64,000 nucleotides of DNA from an uncultured Chloroflexia bacterium (GTDB lineage Bacteria > Chloroflexota > Chloroflexia > Thermomicrobiales > UBA6265). Shown here one piece after another: positions 9,422 to 19,496 of this stretch. A program made the translations under genes and the position numbers. The notes under the pieces are model-generated. The model searched no databases. It worked only from the letters and a program-made list of their open reading frames with translations, and was not told the DNA's origin. Positions within the stretch are counted from its first letter, which is position 1. Each line of letters starts with the position of its first letter. The stretch lies in assembly GCA_963724295.1 (NCBI GenBank), contig CAVRUC010000009.1, forward strand, positions 64,001 to 128,000, in the 5' to 3' direction.

Positions 9422-10342
9422 TTATCGCTTTCTCGACCGTGGGTCGAGGGCATCGCGCAACCCGTCGCCGATCAGGTTGGTGGCGAGCACGGTGGCGAAG
9501 AGGAAGAAGCCGGCGAAGACGGAGATCCACCAGGCCTGCTGCAGCCTGGGTTGGCCGGCGCTGACGATGCTGCCCCATGTTGGGGTCCTGGGTGGCACGC
9601 CGGCGCCGAGGAACGAGAGCGACGCCTCGGAAAGAATCGCGAACGCGACGACGAACGTCCCTTGCACGATCAGTGGTGACAGCGAGTTGGCAAAGATGTA
9701 GCGGCGCATGATCGGGAAGTCGCGCATGCCGATTGCCCGTGCGGACTCGACATACGTTTGCTGACGGTTCATGAGCGTCGTACCGCGCACGAGCCGGGCA
9801 ATGTTTGGCGTGTAGACCACCGTGAGGGCCACGATCACGTTTTCGGTTGACGGACCGAGGGTGGCCATGATGACGAGTGCCAGCAGAATGCTTGGGAATG
9901 CCTCCAGCCCGTCCATGATGCGCATGAAGAGCGTGTCGAGTCGGCGGTAATACCCGGCGACCAGTCCGATCAGTGAGCCGAAGACTGTCGCCCCCACCGT
10001 CACGGTGATTCCGACCAATAGCGAGATGCGCGCGCCGTAGATCACCCGGCTGAAGACGTCACGGCCCAGATCATCGGTGCCGAACCAGTATTTCGACGAT
10101 GGTGGGTCGAGGCGATCGGCCGGGTTGACGAAGTTCGGATCGAACGGCGCGATCGCTGGCGCGAAAATGGCGAGGAGCAAAATCAGGAGCAGAAGGCAAA
10201 GACTCGCCACCACGGCCGGGTTCTCGAGCAGCAAGCGGGCCCAATAGTATTTCGATGCCGGCGTGATCGTGGAGAGTCCCCAATGACGACGCCTTGTCGT
10301 TGGCGACCGGCTGGACGTGCCGAGGGCTTCAGTTAGCGCCAT
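9422..10342 (-). CDS. Peptide/nickel ABC transporter permease (DppC/OppC type)
   Basis: WFGTDDLGRDVFSRVIYGARISL; YVESARAIG EAA loop. Confidence 0.95.
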   Translation of the reverse strand: MALTEALGTSSRSPTTRRRHWGLSTITPASKYYWARLLLENPAVVASLCLLLLILLLAIFAPAIAPFDPNFVNPADRLDPPSSKYWFGTDDLGRDVFSRVIYGARISLLVGITVTVGATVFGSLIGLVAGYYRRLDTLFMRIMDGLEAFPSILLALVIMATLGPSTENVIVALTVVYTPNIARLVRGTTLMNRQQTYVESARAIGMRDFPIMRRYIFANSLSPLIVQGTFVVAFAILSEASLSFLGAGVPPRTPTWGSIVSAGQPRLQQAWWISVFAGFFLFATVLATNLIGDGLRDALDPRSRKR

Positions 10343-11279
10343 AGCGAATTCTCGGATCGATATAGACGTACAGCAGATCGACGAGAAGCATGATCAGGAC
10401 CTCGATCGCCGCCACCGTCATCACCGCGCCCTGCACGACCGGGATATCCCGGCGGACCACACTCTGCACCAGCAGCCGGCCAAGCCCTGGGATATTGAAG
10501 ACATTCTCGATCACGACGGCACCGCCAAGCATGCCGGCAAAGGTCACGCCGATGATGGTCAGCACCGGTATCAGCGCGTTGCGAAAGGCGTGGGCCACGA
10601 CCACCCGCCGCTCCTTCAGACCCTTGGAGTAGGCCGTCCGCACGTAGTCTTCATTGAGCACGTCGAGCATCGTCGACCGCACGAGGCGGGCTAACAGCCC
10701 GGCCGCTGAAAATCCCAGTGTGAGGGTCGGCAGGAGCATGTATCGAAAATGCTCGATCGGGTCAACGCCGATATCCACGTAGCCACCGGATGGCAGCCAG
10801 CCGAGGACGACCGCGAAGAGGAGGATCAAGAGGATGCCGAAGAAGAAACTGGGGATCGCCACGCCGCTGATCGACACCATCATCAGCAACCGGTCGAGGA
10901 GCGAGTTGGCGCGCACCGCGGCGATCACCCCGGCCGGAATCGCGATCACGACCGCAAGCGTCATCGAGTAGAAAGCGAGCAGGATGGTCGGCTCCGCGCG
11001 TTCGAGCAGCGCAAGGACGACCGGCTGCCCCGTGAACAGCGAGGCGCCGAAATCAAGCCGCAGCGCGGACCAGAACCAATTGATGAATTGGACAGGGATC
11101 GGCTCATCGAGACCGAGTCGCTCTCGCAGCGCGATCTTCTGCTCCTCCGTCGCATCTCGCCCCAGCATGACCGAGGCGGCATCGCCGGGCGTGAGGTGCA
11201 TGAGCGTGAAGACGATCACGCCGACGATGAGGAGCACCGGAATCAACAGCAGCAAGCGGCGTATGACGTATGCCAGCAC
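10329..11279 (-). CDS. Peptide/nickel ABC transporter permease (DppB/OppB type)
   Basis: YVIRRLL..LTPGD, DYVRTAYSKGL, HAFRNAL, DPRIR. Confidence 0.95.
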   Translation of the reverse strand: MLAYVIRRLLLLIPVLLIVGVIVFTLMHLTPGDAASVMLGRDATEEQKIALRERLGLDEPIPVQFINWFWSALRLDFGASLFTGQPVVLALLERAEPTILLAFYSMTLAVVIAIPAGVIAAVRANSLLDRLLMMVSISGVAIPSFFFGILLILLFAVVLGWLPSGGYVDIGVDPIEHFRYMLLPTLTLGFSAAGLLARLVRSTMLDVLNEDYVRTAYSKGLKERRVVVAHAFRNALIPVLTIIGVTFAGMLGGAVVIENVFNIPGLGRLLVQSVVRRDIPVVQGAVMTVAAIEVLIMLLVDLLYVYIDPRIRYGAN

Positions 11280-11316
11280 GCGCAGTCTCCGCGGGAGGCC
11301 GGATCAGTTCACGTTT

Positions 11317-11360
11317 CCCCTCTCCCTTCGCGAAGGGAGAGGGGGTAGGGGGCGAGGGCT
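11317..11360. repeat. REP-like palindrome (CCCCTCTCCC...GGGAGAGGGG type)
   Basis: Perfect 28-bp palindrome cccctctcccttcg|cgaagggagagggg at 11317-11344 plus tail. Related to 47481-47600. Confidence 0.8.
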
Positions 11361-11365
11361 CGCTG

Positions 11366-13072
11366 TTACGCCTCTTCCAGCCAGCAGTTCGTGAACTCCG
11401 GTTCGAGCTCGAAGTGCATTTGCCCTAGGAGCCCCTGGACATTCGAGGTGAGCGCAGCGACACCGTAGTTATTGACCAGCTTGACCATCGGCGCCTCCTC
11501 GTAGAAGAGCCGCTGCAGCTCCTCGAGCGCCGCGTATCGAGCCTCGAAATCAGACTCGGTCTGCAGCTGCTCGATGACGGCCTGCTTTTCTTCCGAGCAC
11601 CACTTGCCATCCTGGTTGCAGCTCACGAAACGGTCGATCAGGACCGGATCGGGTCGGAACACGATCGCGTTCGTCGTCATGTCCCAGCGCTCGTCGTCTT
11701 CCAGGTTTTCCTCGAGCGTCGCTTCGTCGCTTACTTCCAGCTCGACGGTGAACCCGGCGGTTTCGAGCTGCTGCTGCGCCACGACAGCCGCGTTGTAGTC
11801 GCCGAGGTCCTCCTGGGTGCAGAGGAGGCGGATGGGCGTGCCGTCGTAGCCAGCCTCCTGGAGCAGCTGCGCCGCTTTCTCGGGGTTGTTCTGGTTGTAG
11901 AGCTCGGCGGAGACATCCGAAGCCCACATCGTCTGCGGCAGCATGATGCCCGGACCGGGCTCGAAGTACCCCTCGCCGTGGGTAGCCTGACCGCTCGACT
12001 CGACCTCGATCGCGGCCTGCACCGCCTGCCGCAGGGTCTGGTTGGTAAACATCCCGCCCGCGGTGTTCATGATGATGATGCCGTAGCTCCGTGGCGGCAA
12101 AATCTCGATGGTGACCCCGGGAGAGTCCTGGAGCACCGCGATCTGATCGGGGATGATCTCCTCGAGATAGTTGTACTCCCCCGACTGCAACCCGGCGACT
12201 CTCGCGGCTTCTTCAGGCACCGGGATGAACTCGATCTCGTCGAGATAGGCCGCCTTGCTGCCGGCGTACCCGCTCGGCGGGCTGTCGACTCCGACGTAGT
12301 CGTCAAACCGGTCGAGCAACGTGAAACGGTCCTGCTGGAACTCGACGAACTTGTAGGGCGCCGTGCTGATGTATTGCTCGGGAGCCATCGGCTCATTCGC
12401 CGCGGCCTCCATGATCGCTTTGGGATGGATCGAGAGTCCTGATTGCTGGCGAGCCAGCAGACTGGGCAGGGCGACGAGCGGGGACGTCAACCGGAACTCC
12501 ACGGCGTAAGGGTCGACCTCCACGATCTCGTCGAGGAATTGCGAGATCGCCAGCCCGAGACTGGCAACCGGAGCCCAGCGATTGAACGACGCGACGACGT
12601 CGGCCGCGCGCATCTCCTCACCGTTGTGAAACGGCACGCCCTGGCGCAGTGTGATCTTGTTCACCAATCCATCGTCGCTGACCTCGATCCCTTCGGCCAG
12701 CATCGGGACCGTGTTGTATTCGGCGTCAAAGGTGAACAGCGCCTCGAACATGTTCCAGTCGATGAGACCGACAGTGCGCTGCGCCAGGAAGTGTCCGTCG
12801 AGCGTTGCCGGCTGGCCGGTGGTGGCTACTCGCAACCGGCCACCGCGGATCCCTTCGGCCGCGGGCGTCGATTCCTGGAAGAGCGCTGGAGCGCGCAGCA
12901 TCCCGCCGCGTTGCGTCACCGCTCCGACCGTGCTCAGACCGCCGGCCGCCGCTAATCCCATCGCGCCGGCTGTTCCGGCACGCACGATCGTCCGCCGGCT
13001 CATTCGGCGCCCGAGCACTCGCTCCTCGATCGGCGTCGTTCCCCGCCTGTTCCGCTGGTCATGCTGGCTCAT
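11366..13072 (-). CDS. Family-5 ABC substrate-binding protein with Tat signal
   Basis: MSRRTIVR Tat motif; LRQGVPFHNG..AADVVAS; LRQAVQAAI; EKAAQLLQEAGY. Confidence 0.93.
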   Translation of the reverse strand: MSQHDQRNRRGTTPIEERVLGRRMSRRTIVRAGTAGAMGLAAAGGLSTVGAVTQRGGMLRAPALFQESTPAAEGIRGGRLRVATTGQPATLDGHFLAQRTVGLIDWNMFEALFTFDAEYNTVPMLAEGIEVSDDGLVNKITLRQGVPFHNGEEMRAADVVASFNRWAPVASLGLAISQFLDEIVEVDPYAVEFRLTSPLVALPSLLARQQSGLSIHPKAIMEAAANEPMAPEQYISTAPYKFVEFQQDRFTLLDRFDDYVGVDSPPSGYAGSKAAYLDEIEFIPVPEEAARVAGLQSGEYNYLEEIIPDQIAVLQDSPGVTIEILPPRSYGIIIMNTAGGMFTNQTLRQAVQAAIEVESSGQATHGEGYFEPGPGIMLPQTMWASDVSAELYNQNNPEKAAQLLQEAGYDGTPIRLLCTQEDLGDYNAAVVAQQQLETAGFTVELEVSDEATLEENLEDDERWDMTTNAIVFRPDPVLIDRFVSCNQDGKWCSEEKQAVIEQLQTESDFEARYAALEELQRLFYEEAPMVKLVNNYGVAALTSNVQGLLGQMHFELEPEFTNCWLEEA

Positions 13073-13204
13073 GCTTCTGCTCCTTTGCAGTGATCACCGG
13101 CTACCCGGTGGCTACCCTACGACAGGCTTGCGGCCAATCATGGCAAGCAAAGACGTTCCCCGGCGCCACTCCTTTCAATTCCTGCGATCCATCTCGACCT
13201 GAAT

Positions 13205-14098
13205 CTATGAGGTACCGACCGCGCGCTGCCGCTCGGCCATCTCCTGGTCGATCCCGCGCGGCCACTCGCGGCGTTGCGGATCGCGTACGGAGACCGCGAG
13301 CGTTCCGATCCCCTCGATCGTCATCTCGACCTGATCCCCGTCCTGGAGCGCGCCAAGTCCCTGATGGTTGGTGCCACACATGATGACGTCGCCGGGCACC
13401 AGCGTCATGTATGAGCTGATGAATGCCAGCACCTCGACGACGCCGTATTCCATGTCCCTCGTTGTGTAGTCCTGTCGCGGTTCACCGTTCACCGACAGCG
13501 TCACATGGAGGTTCTGGGGGTCGGGAACCTCGTCTACGGTGACGATCGCCGGACCGAGTGGCGTGAACGTGTCGAACGATTTGCCGATGCGGCTGGGACC
13601 GATGCGCCCCAATCCTCGCGCCGAGACGTCGATAGCGCAGGTGTAGCCGGCCAGCGCCTCGAGCGCGCGTTCATCGGCCGGGAGATCCTTGGCCCGTTGC
13701 CCCACGACCAGCGCCAGCTCGGCCTCGTGATGGAAGATCGTGGCGGGGTGATTCGGCAGGACGACCGTGCCATTGGGGCCGATCACTGAGTCCGGACTCT
13801 CCAGAAACATGTCCTGTGTCTGCCGCTCACGATCCGATCCCTCGCGGTAGTTGCCAAATGCGGCGATCAACTTGGGCGGGCGCGGCACCGGAGCCTGCAA
13901 CCTGGGAACCGGCAGCGTCTCGCCACTCACTGCCATTTCCTCGAGGCGGGGACGACGCTCTTGGAGCGTCGCCAGCAAGCGAGGCATGCGGTCGGCGGCC
14001 GTGCGATAGCGGATGTCCGCGAAGACCTCAGAGACACCGACCATGCCGCCGTCGCGCAGTACGCCGATACGATCGTCATCTGTCAGTACGAGCCTCAT
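13205..14098 (-). CDS. Fumarylacetoacetate hydrolase family protein (copy 2)
   Basis: GNY, HHEAEL, DVSAR, GKSFDTF, LVPGDVIMCGT. ATG 14098 overlaps the upstream stop. Confidence 0.9.
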   Translation of the reverse strand: MRLVLTDDDRIGVLRDGGMVGVSEVFADIRYRTAADRMPRLLATLQERRPRLEEMAVSGETLPVPRLQAPVPRPPKLIAAFGNYREGSDRERQTQDMFLESPDSVIGPNGTVVLPNHPATIFHHEAELALVVGQRAKDLPADERALEALAGYTCAIDVSARGLGRIGPSRIGKSFDTFTPLGPAIVTVDEVPDPQNLHVTLSVNGEPRQDYTTRDMEYGVVEVLAFISSYMTLVPGDVIMCGTNHQGLGALQDGDQVEMTIEGIGTLAVSVRDPQRREWPRGIDQEMAERQRAVGTS

Positions 14099-15042
14099 GA
14101 GGCGGATCCTCCGCTTCCTTGCACTTGCATCTGCGCCACCGGGTGTTGCGCCGCCGCCTTCACGCGTTCGCCCGCCTCGCGGTCGATCCCGCGCTGCCAC
14201 GCCCGCTCGTGCTCGTCGCGCACGTGGAGCGTGAACGACCCGATACCCGATACGGTGGTCACCACCGCGTCACCATCCTGCACCGAGCCGAGCCCCTGGT
14301 GGTTGGTGCCACAGCAGATCACATCGCCGGGGTGCAGCGTCGTCACCGACGAGATGTAGGTGAGCAGATCGGTAATCGGCCGCTCCATGTCGCTCGTCGA
14401 ATAGTCCTGGCGGCGTTCGCCGTTGACGTCGACCGTGATGCTCAGCGATTGCGGATCGGGGATCTCGTCCCTGGTAACGATCCAGGGGCCGAACGCGGCG
14501 AACGTATCGAACGACTTGCCGAGGAAGCTGTTGATGCCGGTGCGCCCCAGACCGCGGGCGGAAATATCGTTGAAGGCGACGTAACCGAAGACCGCGTCCA
14601 TGGCGTCCTCAGCGCTCAGATCCTTCGCTTCGCGGCCGATCACCACGGCGATCTCGCCCTCATGATGGAAGATGTTGGCCTGGTGCGGCGGCAGGACGAC
14701 CGTGTCTCCGGGTCCCGAAATCTTCTCCGGCGACTTGAAGAAGAGATCGAGGATCTGCAGGGGCCGGTCAGTGCCCTCCCGATAGTTACCCATCAGACAG
14801 ATGACCTTCGAGGGCCGGGTGAGCGGAGAACGAAGTCGTGCTTCGGCTAGCGGCGTGCCATGTCCCGCGGCGGCTCGCCGTTCCAGCTCCGGTCGCAGCG
14901 TGTCGAAGTGAGATATCAGATCGGGCAGCAAATCCCCTGGTCCCAGCGGTTCGTACGGCTGCAACAGATCGGTGACATCGACGACCGTATCGTCGTTGGC
15001 GACGACGCCTATCCTGGAGTCGTCGAATGCGGCAATGCGCAT
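14095..15042 (-). CDS. Fumarylacetoacetate hydrolase family protein (copy 1)
   Basis: MGNY, FFKSP, HHEGEI, NDISAR, GKSFDTF, LHPGDVICCGT. Confidence 0.92.
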   Translation of the reverse strand: MRIAAFDDSRIGVVANDDTVVDVTDLLQPYEPLGPGDLLPDLISHFDTLRPELERRAAAGHGTPLAEARLRSPLTRPSKVICLMGNYREGTDRPLQILDLFFKSPEKISGPGDTVVLPPHQANIFHHEGEIAVVIGREAKDLSAEDAMDAVFGYVAFNDISARGLGRTGINSFLGKSFDTFAAFGPWIVTRDEIPDPQSLSITVDVNGERRQDYSTSDMERPITDLLTYISSVTTLHPGDVICCGTNHQGLGSVQDGDAVVTTVSGIGSFTLHVRDEHERAWQRGIDREAGERVKAAAQHPVAQMQVQGSGGSAS

Positions 15043-15352
15043 CGCGCGTCTTCTCCTATCCTCGCTTTACGCCAGGCCTCCGTCCAGGTTCAGCAGGTTT
15101 CGCATCCTTTTCGTGATGTGTCAATCGCCTGCCGTGCCGGAGAGCATCGCTTCCGGTCCATGCTCCGTCTCACGCCCTTGGCCGGCCGATACGGCGCGCC
15201 GACTCGAGCATTGGTCCCCCTCCCGTATCTGTTTCACCGCCGGCTGATGACCTGTTCGACCGTCCACGCAGGGTGCATGCCAGAGGACCATCCGTGGGTG
15301 TAGGCTGTGGCATCTCGCATTCATGCGATAGCGAACCACCAGGGAGGTTGCC

Positions 15353-15991
15353 GTGACTGCCACCGTCGAGTCTGGACAGGACGAGTACATCGTCGAGAAC
15401 CCGCGACTTCGAGGATTCGTCGCCGAGGTCTCTCGTATCCGTCACGAGCACGATGACCCACGCCAGATCCTGACCGCGATCCGGCCGCATTTCGCCGAGC
15501 TGCTGGCCGACAAGACCTGGCTCCCCGAGCAGTATCAGGAGCCGGCCGCGGACGGCGGAATGGGCTCCGGCATCGGCACGTGGCTCCTCTATCGCGCCGG
15601 TGACGGCAGCCTCGCCCTCTCGGCGCTGGTCGTCCCACCCGGCGCGCAGACCCCCGTGCACGACCATCTGGCCTGGGGACTGGTCGGACTCTACCGAGGC
15701 ACCCAGGACGAGGAAGTTTTCACCCGCACCGACGATGGCTCGCGGGAGGACGCGGCGTCATTGACGATCGCGGAGAGCCGGGCGCTGCAAGCGGGCGATT
15801 TCTACGAGCTGCTCCCTGAGACCGACATCCACCGGGTACGGACCACGTCTCCGGAAACGTCCGTCTCGCTCCACCTGCTCGGGATCGACAACGGCTGCAT
15901 CTGGAGGCACCGCTTCGTCCCCGAGGAAGGGAAGGTGCTCCCCTTCAAGAGCGGCTACGTCAATGTTCCCTGCGAGGGTGATGGGTCATAG
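15353..15991 (+). CDS. Cysteine dioxygenase-family (thiol dioxygenase-like) cupin
   Basis: PGAQTPVHDHLAWG and DIHRV 3-His site; SVSLHLLG; RBS ggagg before GTG. Confidence 0.85.
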   Translation: MTATVESGQDEYIVENPRLRGFVAEVSRIRHEHDDPRQILTAIRPHFAELLADKTWLPEQYQEPAADGGMGSGIGTWLLYRAGDGSLALSALVVPPGAQTPVHDHLAWGLVGLYRGTQDEEVFTRTDDGSREDAASLTIAESRALQAGDFYELLPETDIHRVRTTSPETSVSLHLLGIDNGCIWRHRFVPEEGKVLPFKSGYVNVPCEGDGS

Positions 15992-16140
15992 GTGATGGGG
16001 TGATGGGTGGCGGGGTCGCGGGGTGGCGGGGTCGCAGGACGAACGATTCCCCGTCACCCTGCCACCCTGCCACCGTGAGCGCAGCGAACCATTACCCTGC
16101 CACCACGAGCGCAGCGAGTAATCACCCTATCACCCATCAC
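15991..16140. repeat. Octamer-built palindromic intergenic element (family A)
   Basis: GGTGATGG/GGTSGCGG units facing CCACCCTG units; GCAGGACGAACGA core; GAGCGCAGCGAGTAATCACCCTATCACC end. Confidence 0.8.
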
Positions 16141-16889
16141 CCTCGTCGATCCCCAGCACCTTGAAGCCGTCGTCCCGCGGCTCGTAACCCAGGAGCTGCC
16201 TGGTCGGGACCAGGCTGAACCGCTTGCGGGCGTTGTCGGAGATACCGGCCACGACCGCGTACGGGATGTTCTCGGTCTCGATGCAGCGCACCAGCAGATC
16301 GTTGAGATCGCGCGCGCTGACGTACGCCATCGCCGCCGTGGCGTCACCATCCTCGTAGAACCACGGCGCGTCGTAGGCGCCGATGCGGATGGCGATGCCG
16401 GAGAGCCCCGTCGCCGAGTAGGTCGCGGCGACGGCTTCCCCGAACACTTTGCTCGCGCCGTAGAGGTTGACAGGTCTGGGCGGCGCATCGTCGGCGATCG
16501 CCTCGTCCTCTTGCAGACCACCGACGGCGTGCACGCTGCTGGCGAAGACGACCCGCCGGCAGCCGGCCTCACTCGCGGCACGGAAGATATTGACGACACC
16601 CTGGATGTTGTTCGGCAGCAGGGAAGACTCCCAGTCTGCCTCGGGCGAAGGATCGGCGGCGAGATGGACGACGGTGTCGATGCCCGCACACGCCTCCCGA
16701 CAAGCGTCGGCATCAGCGATATCGAGGCGCACGATCTCATGGTTCACACCCGGGAGTATCGGCAAGCGTATCGGTGTCGAGGTCGGCCAGGCGGAAGCGA
16801 TACTGTTCGCCGTGCCCCTCCCGGAATGCGGTGCCGATGCGACCGGCCGCGCCGGTGAGCAGCACGAAGCGACGCCCGGACTCACTCAT
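16130..16889 (-). pseudogene. NAD-dependent epimerase/dehydrogenase (uronate dehydrogenase-like), one frameshift near 16750
   Basis: MSESGRRFVLLTGAAGRIG in one frame joins HLAADP..ASSVHAV..YGASK in another by removing one G. Probably an assembly error. Confidence 0.8.
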
Positions 16890-17242
16890 GCCGGTGCCAT
16901 CCGGGAACGCATCGTGCTGGTCGAGACACGCCGTGTGACCGATCCTGGCTTTGACCGTCGATCATGGTCTGCTCCTTGTTGCCGATCCATATGGGAATGT
17001 GTCGCGCCCGCCGATCCCGGTGCAGGGGCCGTGCCATCCCTCTCCTGACGCATTTCGCATAAACTAGCGGAGTTTGGCGCGGTTCGTGCGGGAGCCCATC
17101 AACCGCCTGGTGGGCCAGCGGTGGTGGCGGCAGATTCTGGCCGCCGTTCTCTACGTGTCGCGTACCCGTGATTCGAGTAGTGACCAAGGAGGTTGCGATG
17201 TCGATGTGCAGTTTTCGCCTGGAATCAACAGTGGGACAGAGG

Positions 17243-18525
17243 ATGCCTTCGTCTCTGAAGCGGGGAGTGGTCGCTGCACTGATCCTGATCGTTCCGCTTC
17301 TTACAACTCTGCTGGGGCCGAGCGCCCGCGCCCAGGATGAACCGGGCCCTTGCGCGTCGCCGTCCTCTTCCCTTTCACCGGCGACCTCTCTGACTTCGGG
17401 CAACCCTTCCTCCAGGCGGCGGAACTCGCTGTGAACGAGATCAATGCCGCCGGCGGGGTCAATGGCCAGCCGATCGAGCTCGTCCAGGGCGATTCCGCGA
17501 CGTCGCCGCAGCAGGCCGTGGAAGAGGCGCGCCGTCTCATTGAGCTGGAGGGGGTGTCGGCGATCGTCGGACCGGCCGGCAGTGGTGAGACGCTGCCGGT
17601 AGCGGAATCGGTGACGGGACCGGGCGGAGTGCTGGAAATCACCATGTCGGCGACCTCACCCGCGCTGACCATCGCCAATGACAATGACTTCCTCTTTCGG
17701 ACCACCATTTCTGACGCCGCTCAGGGTTTGGTCATGGCCGACCTGGCCCGGGAGCAAGGATTTGAGACAGCCTGCGTTCTCTTCGTGAACAACGCCTATG
17801 GGCAGGGATTGAATGACGCCTTCGCGGATCGATTCGCCGCTGAGGGCGGCACGATAACGGCGCAGGTTCCCCACGAGCAGGAGCAGGCTAGCTACGCCTC
17901 GGAGATCGCGAGTTGCACTGAAGGCAACCCTGATGTTCTCGTTGCCGCTGCGTACCCAGAGAGCGGACGCGTCTTTCTGCGCGAGCTCGCAGAAGCTGGC
18001 GATGCGCCAGCGGTGATCTTCAGCGATGGTCTGAAGTCGCCGGAAATGTTCGCCGACTTGGGCTGGGAGGTGTTCGAGGGGAACTATGGCACCGCCGCTG
18101 GCTTGTTCGAATCAGACGCCACCGCGGTGTTCGACCAGGCGTGGGAGGCGGCGTACGGCGAGATTCCGGCTGTCCCGTACCTACGCGAGATCAATGACGC
18201 CATCTACCTGATCGCCCTCGCAGCGGAGCAAGTGGACTCGACCGATTCTGCCGCCATCCGGGATGCCCTGCGGGAGGTGGCGAATGAGCCGGGAACGGTG
18301 GTCGGTCCTGGCCAGGAGGGCTGGCAGACCGCGGTGGAGGCTATCAACGCTGGGGAAGACGTCAACTACGAAGGAGCTGCTGGTTCAGTCGACCTCGATG
18401 AAAATGGCGATGTCTCAAAGGGCGCCATTCTCATCTGGCAGATTCAGGGCGAGGCGATCGAGGATACCGACGAGCGGGCCGTTGACCTCACCGCCCAGGA
18501 AGCTGCCGCGACCCCGGTCTCCTGA
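17243..18525 (+). CDS. Branched-chain amino acid (Liv-type) ABC substrate-binding protein, signal peptide separated by a frameshift near 17348
   Basis: MPSSLKRGVVAALILIV..ARAQ signal, then LRVAVLFPFTGDL..EINAAGGVNG after adding one C; YEGAAG..DENGD. Confidence 0.88.
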
Positions 18526-18563
18526 GAGCTAGATCTTAGGCTTGACGTCGACAGCGTCGGTCT

Positions 18564-18598
18564 CGGAGCCGATCCGTCACCTCAACGGATCGGCTCCG
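18564..18598 (+). terminator. 14-bp stem-loop after SBP gene
   Basis: cggagccgatccgt-cacctca-acggatcggctccg. Confidence 0.65.
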
Positions 18599-18674
18599 TT
18601 GTTCATTCGTGTCCGTTCCGCTTTGCGCGCTGGAGACGGGGATTTGCCGTGACAAACGAGGTGTGGTCAGGATA

Positions 18675-19496
18675 ATGACGACAGTCACCATCACGGAGCA
18701 ACCGGTCCCAACGACCACCGTCCAAAACGACGCTCTTCTCGAGGTGCGCTCCGTCACGAAGGCGTTCGGTGGCAACCGGGCGGTTGACGACTGCTCGTTC
18801 AGCGTCAACCGAGGAACGATCACCGGGCTGATCGGTCCGAACGGGGCAGGGAAGTCGACACTCCTCAACGTCATTGCCGGTGCCCTGCAGGCCACCTCCG
18901 GCTCGATTCTGCTCGAGGGCGAGCCGATTGACGGGCTGCGGCCAGATGAATTGCTGCGGCGCGGCCTCGCCCGTACCTTCCAGGTCCCACGCCCGATCCC
19001 GACGATGACGGTGCTGGAAAACCTGGTACTGGCCGGCCAGGATCAGGCGGGCGAGCGGATTTGGAATGCCTGGTTTCGTCCTGGCCAAATCCATCGACAG
19101 GAGAACGAGATCATCGATCGGGCGCTCGGGGTGCTGGCTTACGTCAATCTCCTGCATCTGCGCGACGCCTACGCGGCCAATCTCTCCGGCGGCCAGAGGA
19201 AGCTGCTGGAATTCGCAAGAACCCTCATGGTCAAGCCGCGCCTGGTCCTCCTCGACGAGCCCGGGGCCGGCATCAACCGGACGTTGATGCGGCAGCTCAC
19301 CGAGCACATCGAGGAGCAGTGTCATGACCATGGCGTGACGTTCCTCATCGTCGAGCACGACATGGACCTCGTGGCTCGCCTCTGCGATCCCGTGATTGTC
19401 ATGGCCGAGGGCAAGCGACTCACGGAGGGCTCGTTCGCCCAGATTCGCCAGGATCAAGGCGTCCTCGATGCCTACCTGGGAGGTCAGGTCGGATGA
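18675..19496 (+). CDS. livG: Liv-type ABC ATP-binding protein (LivG-like)
   Basis: GPNGAGKS, ARTFQ, LSGGQ, LLDEP, EHDM, AYLG. Confidence 0.9.
   Translation: MTTVTITEQPVPTTTVQNDALLEVRSVTKAFGGNRAVDDCSFSVNRGTITGLIGPNGAGKSTLLNVIAGALQATSGSILLEGEPIDGLRPDELLRRGLARTFQVPRPIPTMTVLENLVLAGQDQAGERIWNAWFRPGQIHRQENEIIDRALGVLAYVNLLHLRDAYAANLSGGQRKLLEFARTLMVKPRLVLLDEPGAGINRTLMRQLTEHIEEQCHDHGVTFLIVEHDMDLVARLCDPVIVMAEGKRLTEGSFAQIRQDQGVLDAYLGGQVG

Noticed and set aside
16882..16965. 27-aa leader peptide with aaggag RBS before the epimerase
   Set aside because: It could equally be the epimerase N-terminus separated by another indel, and it has no regulatory codon run.
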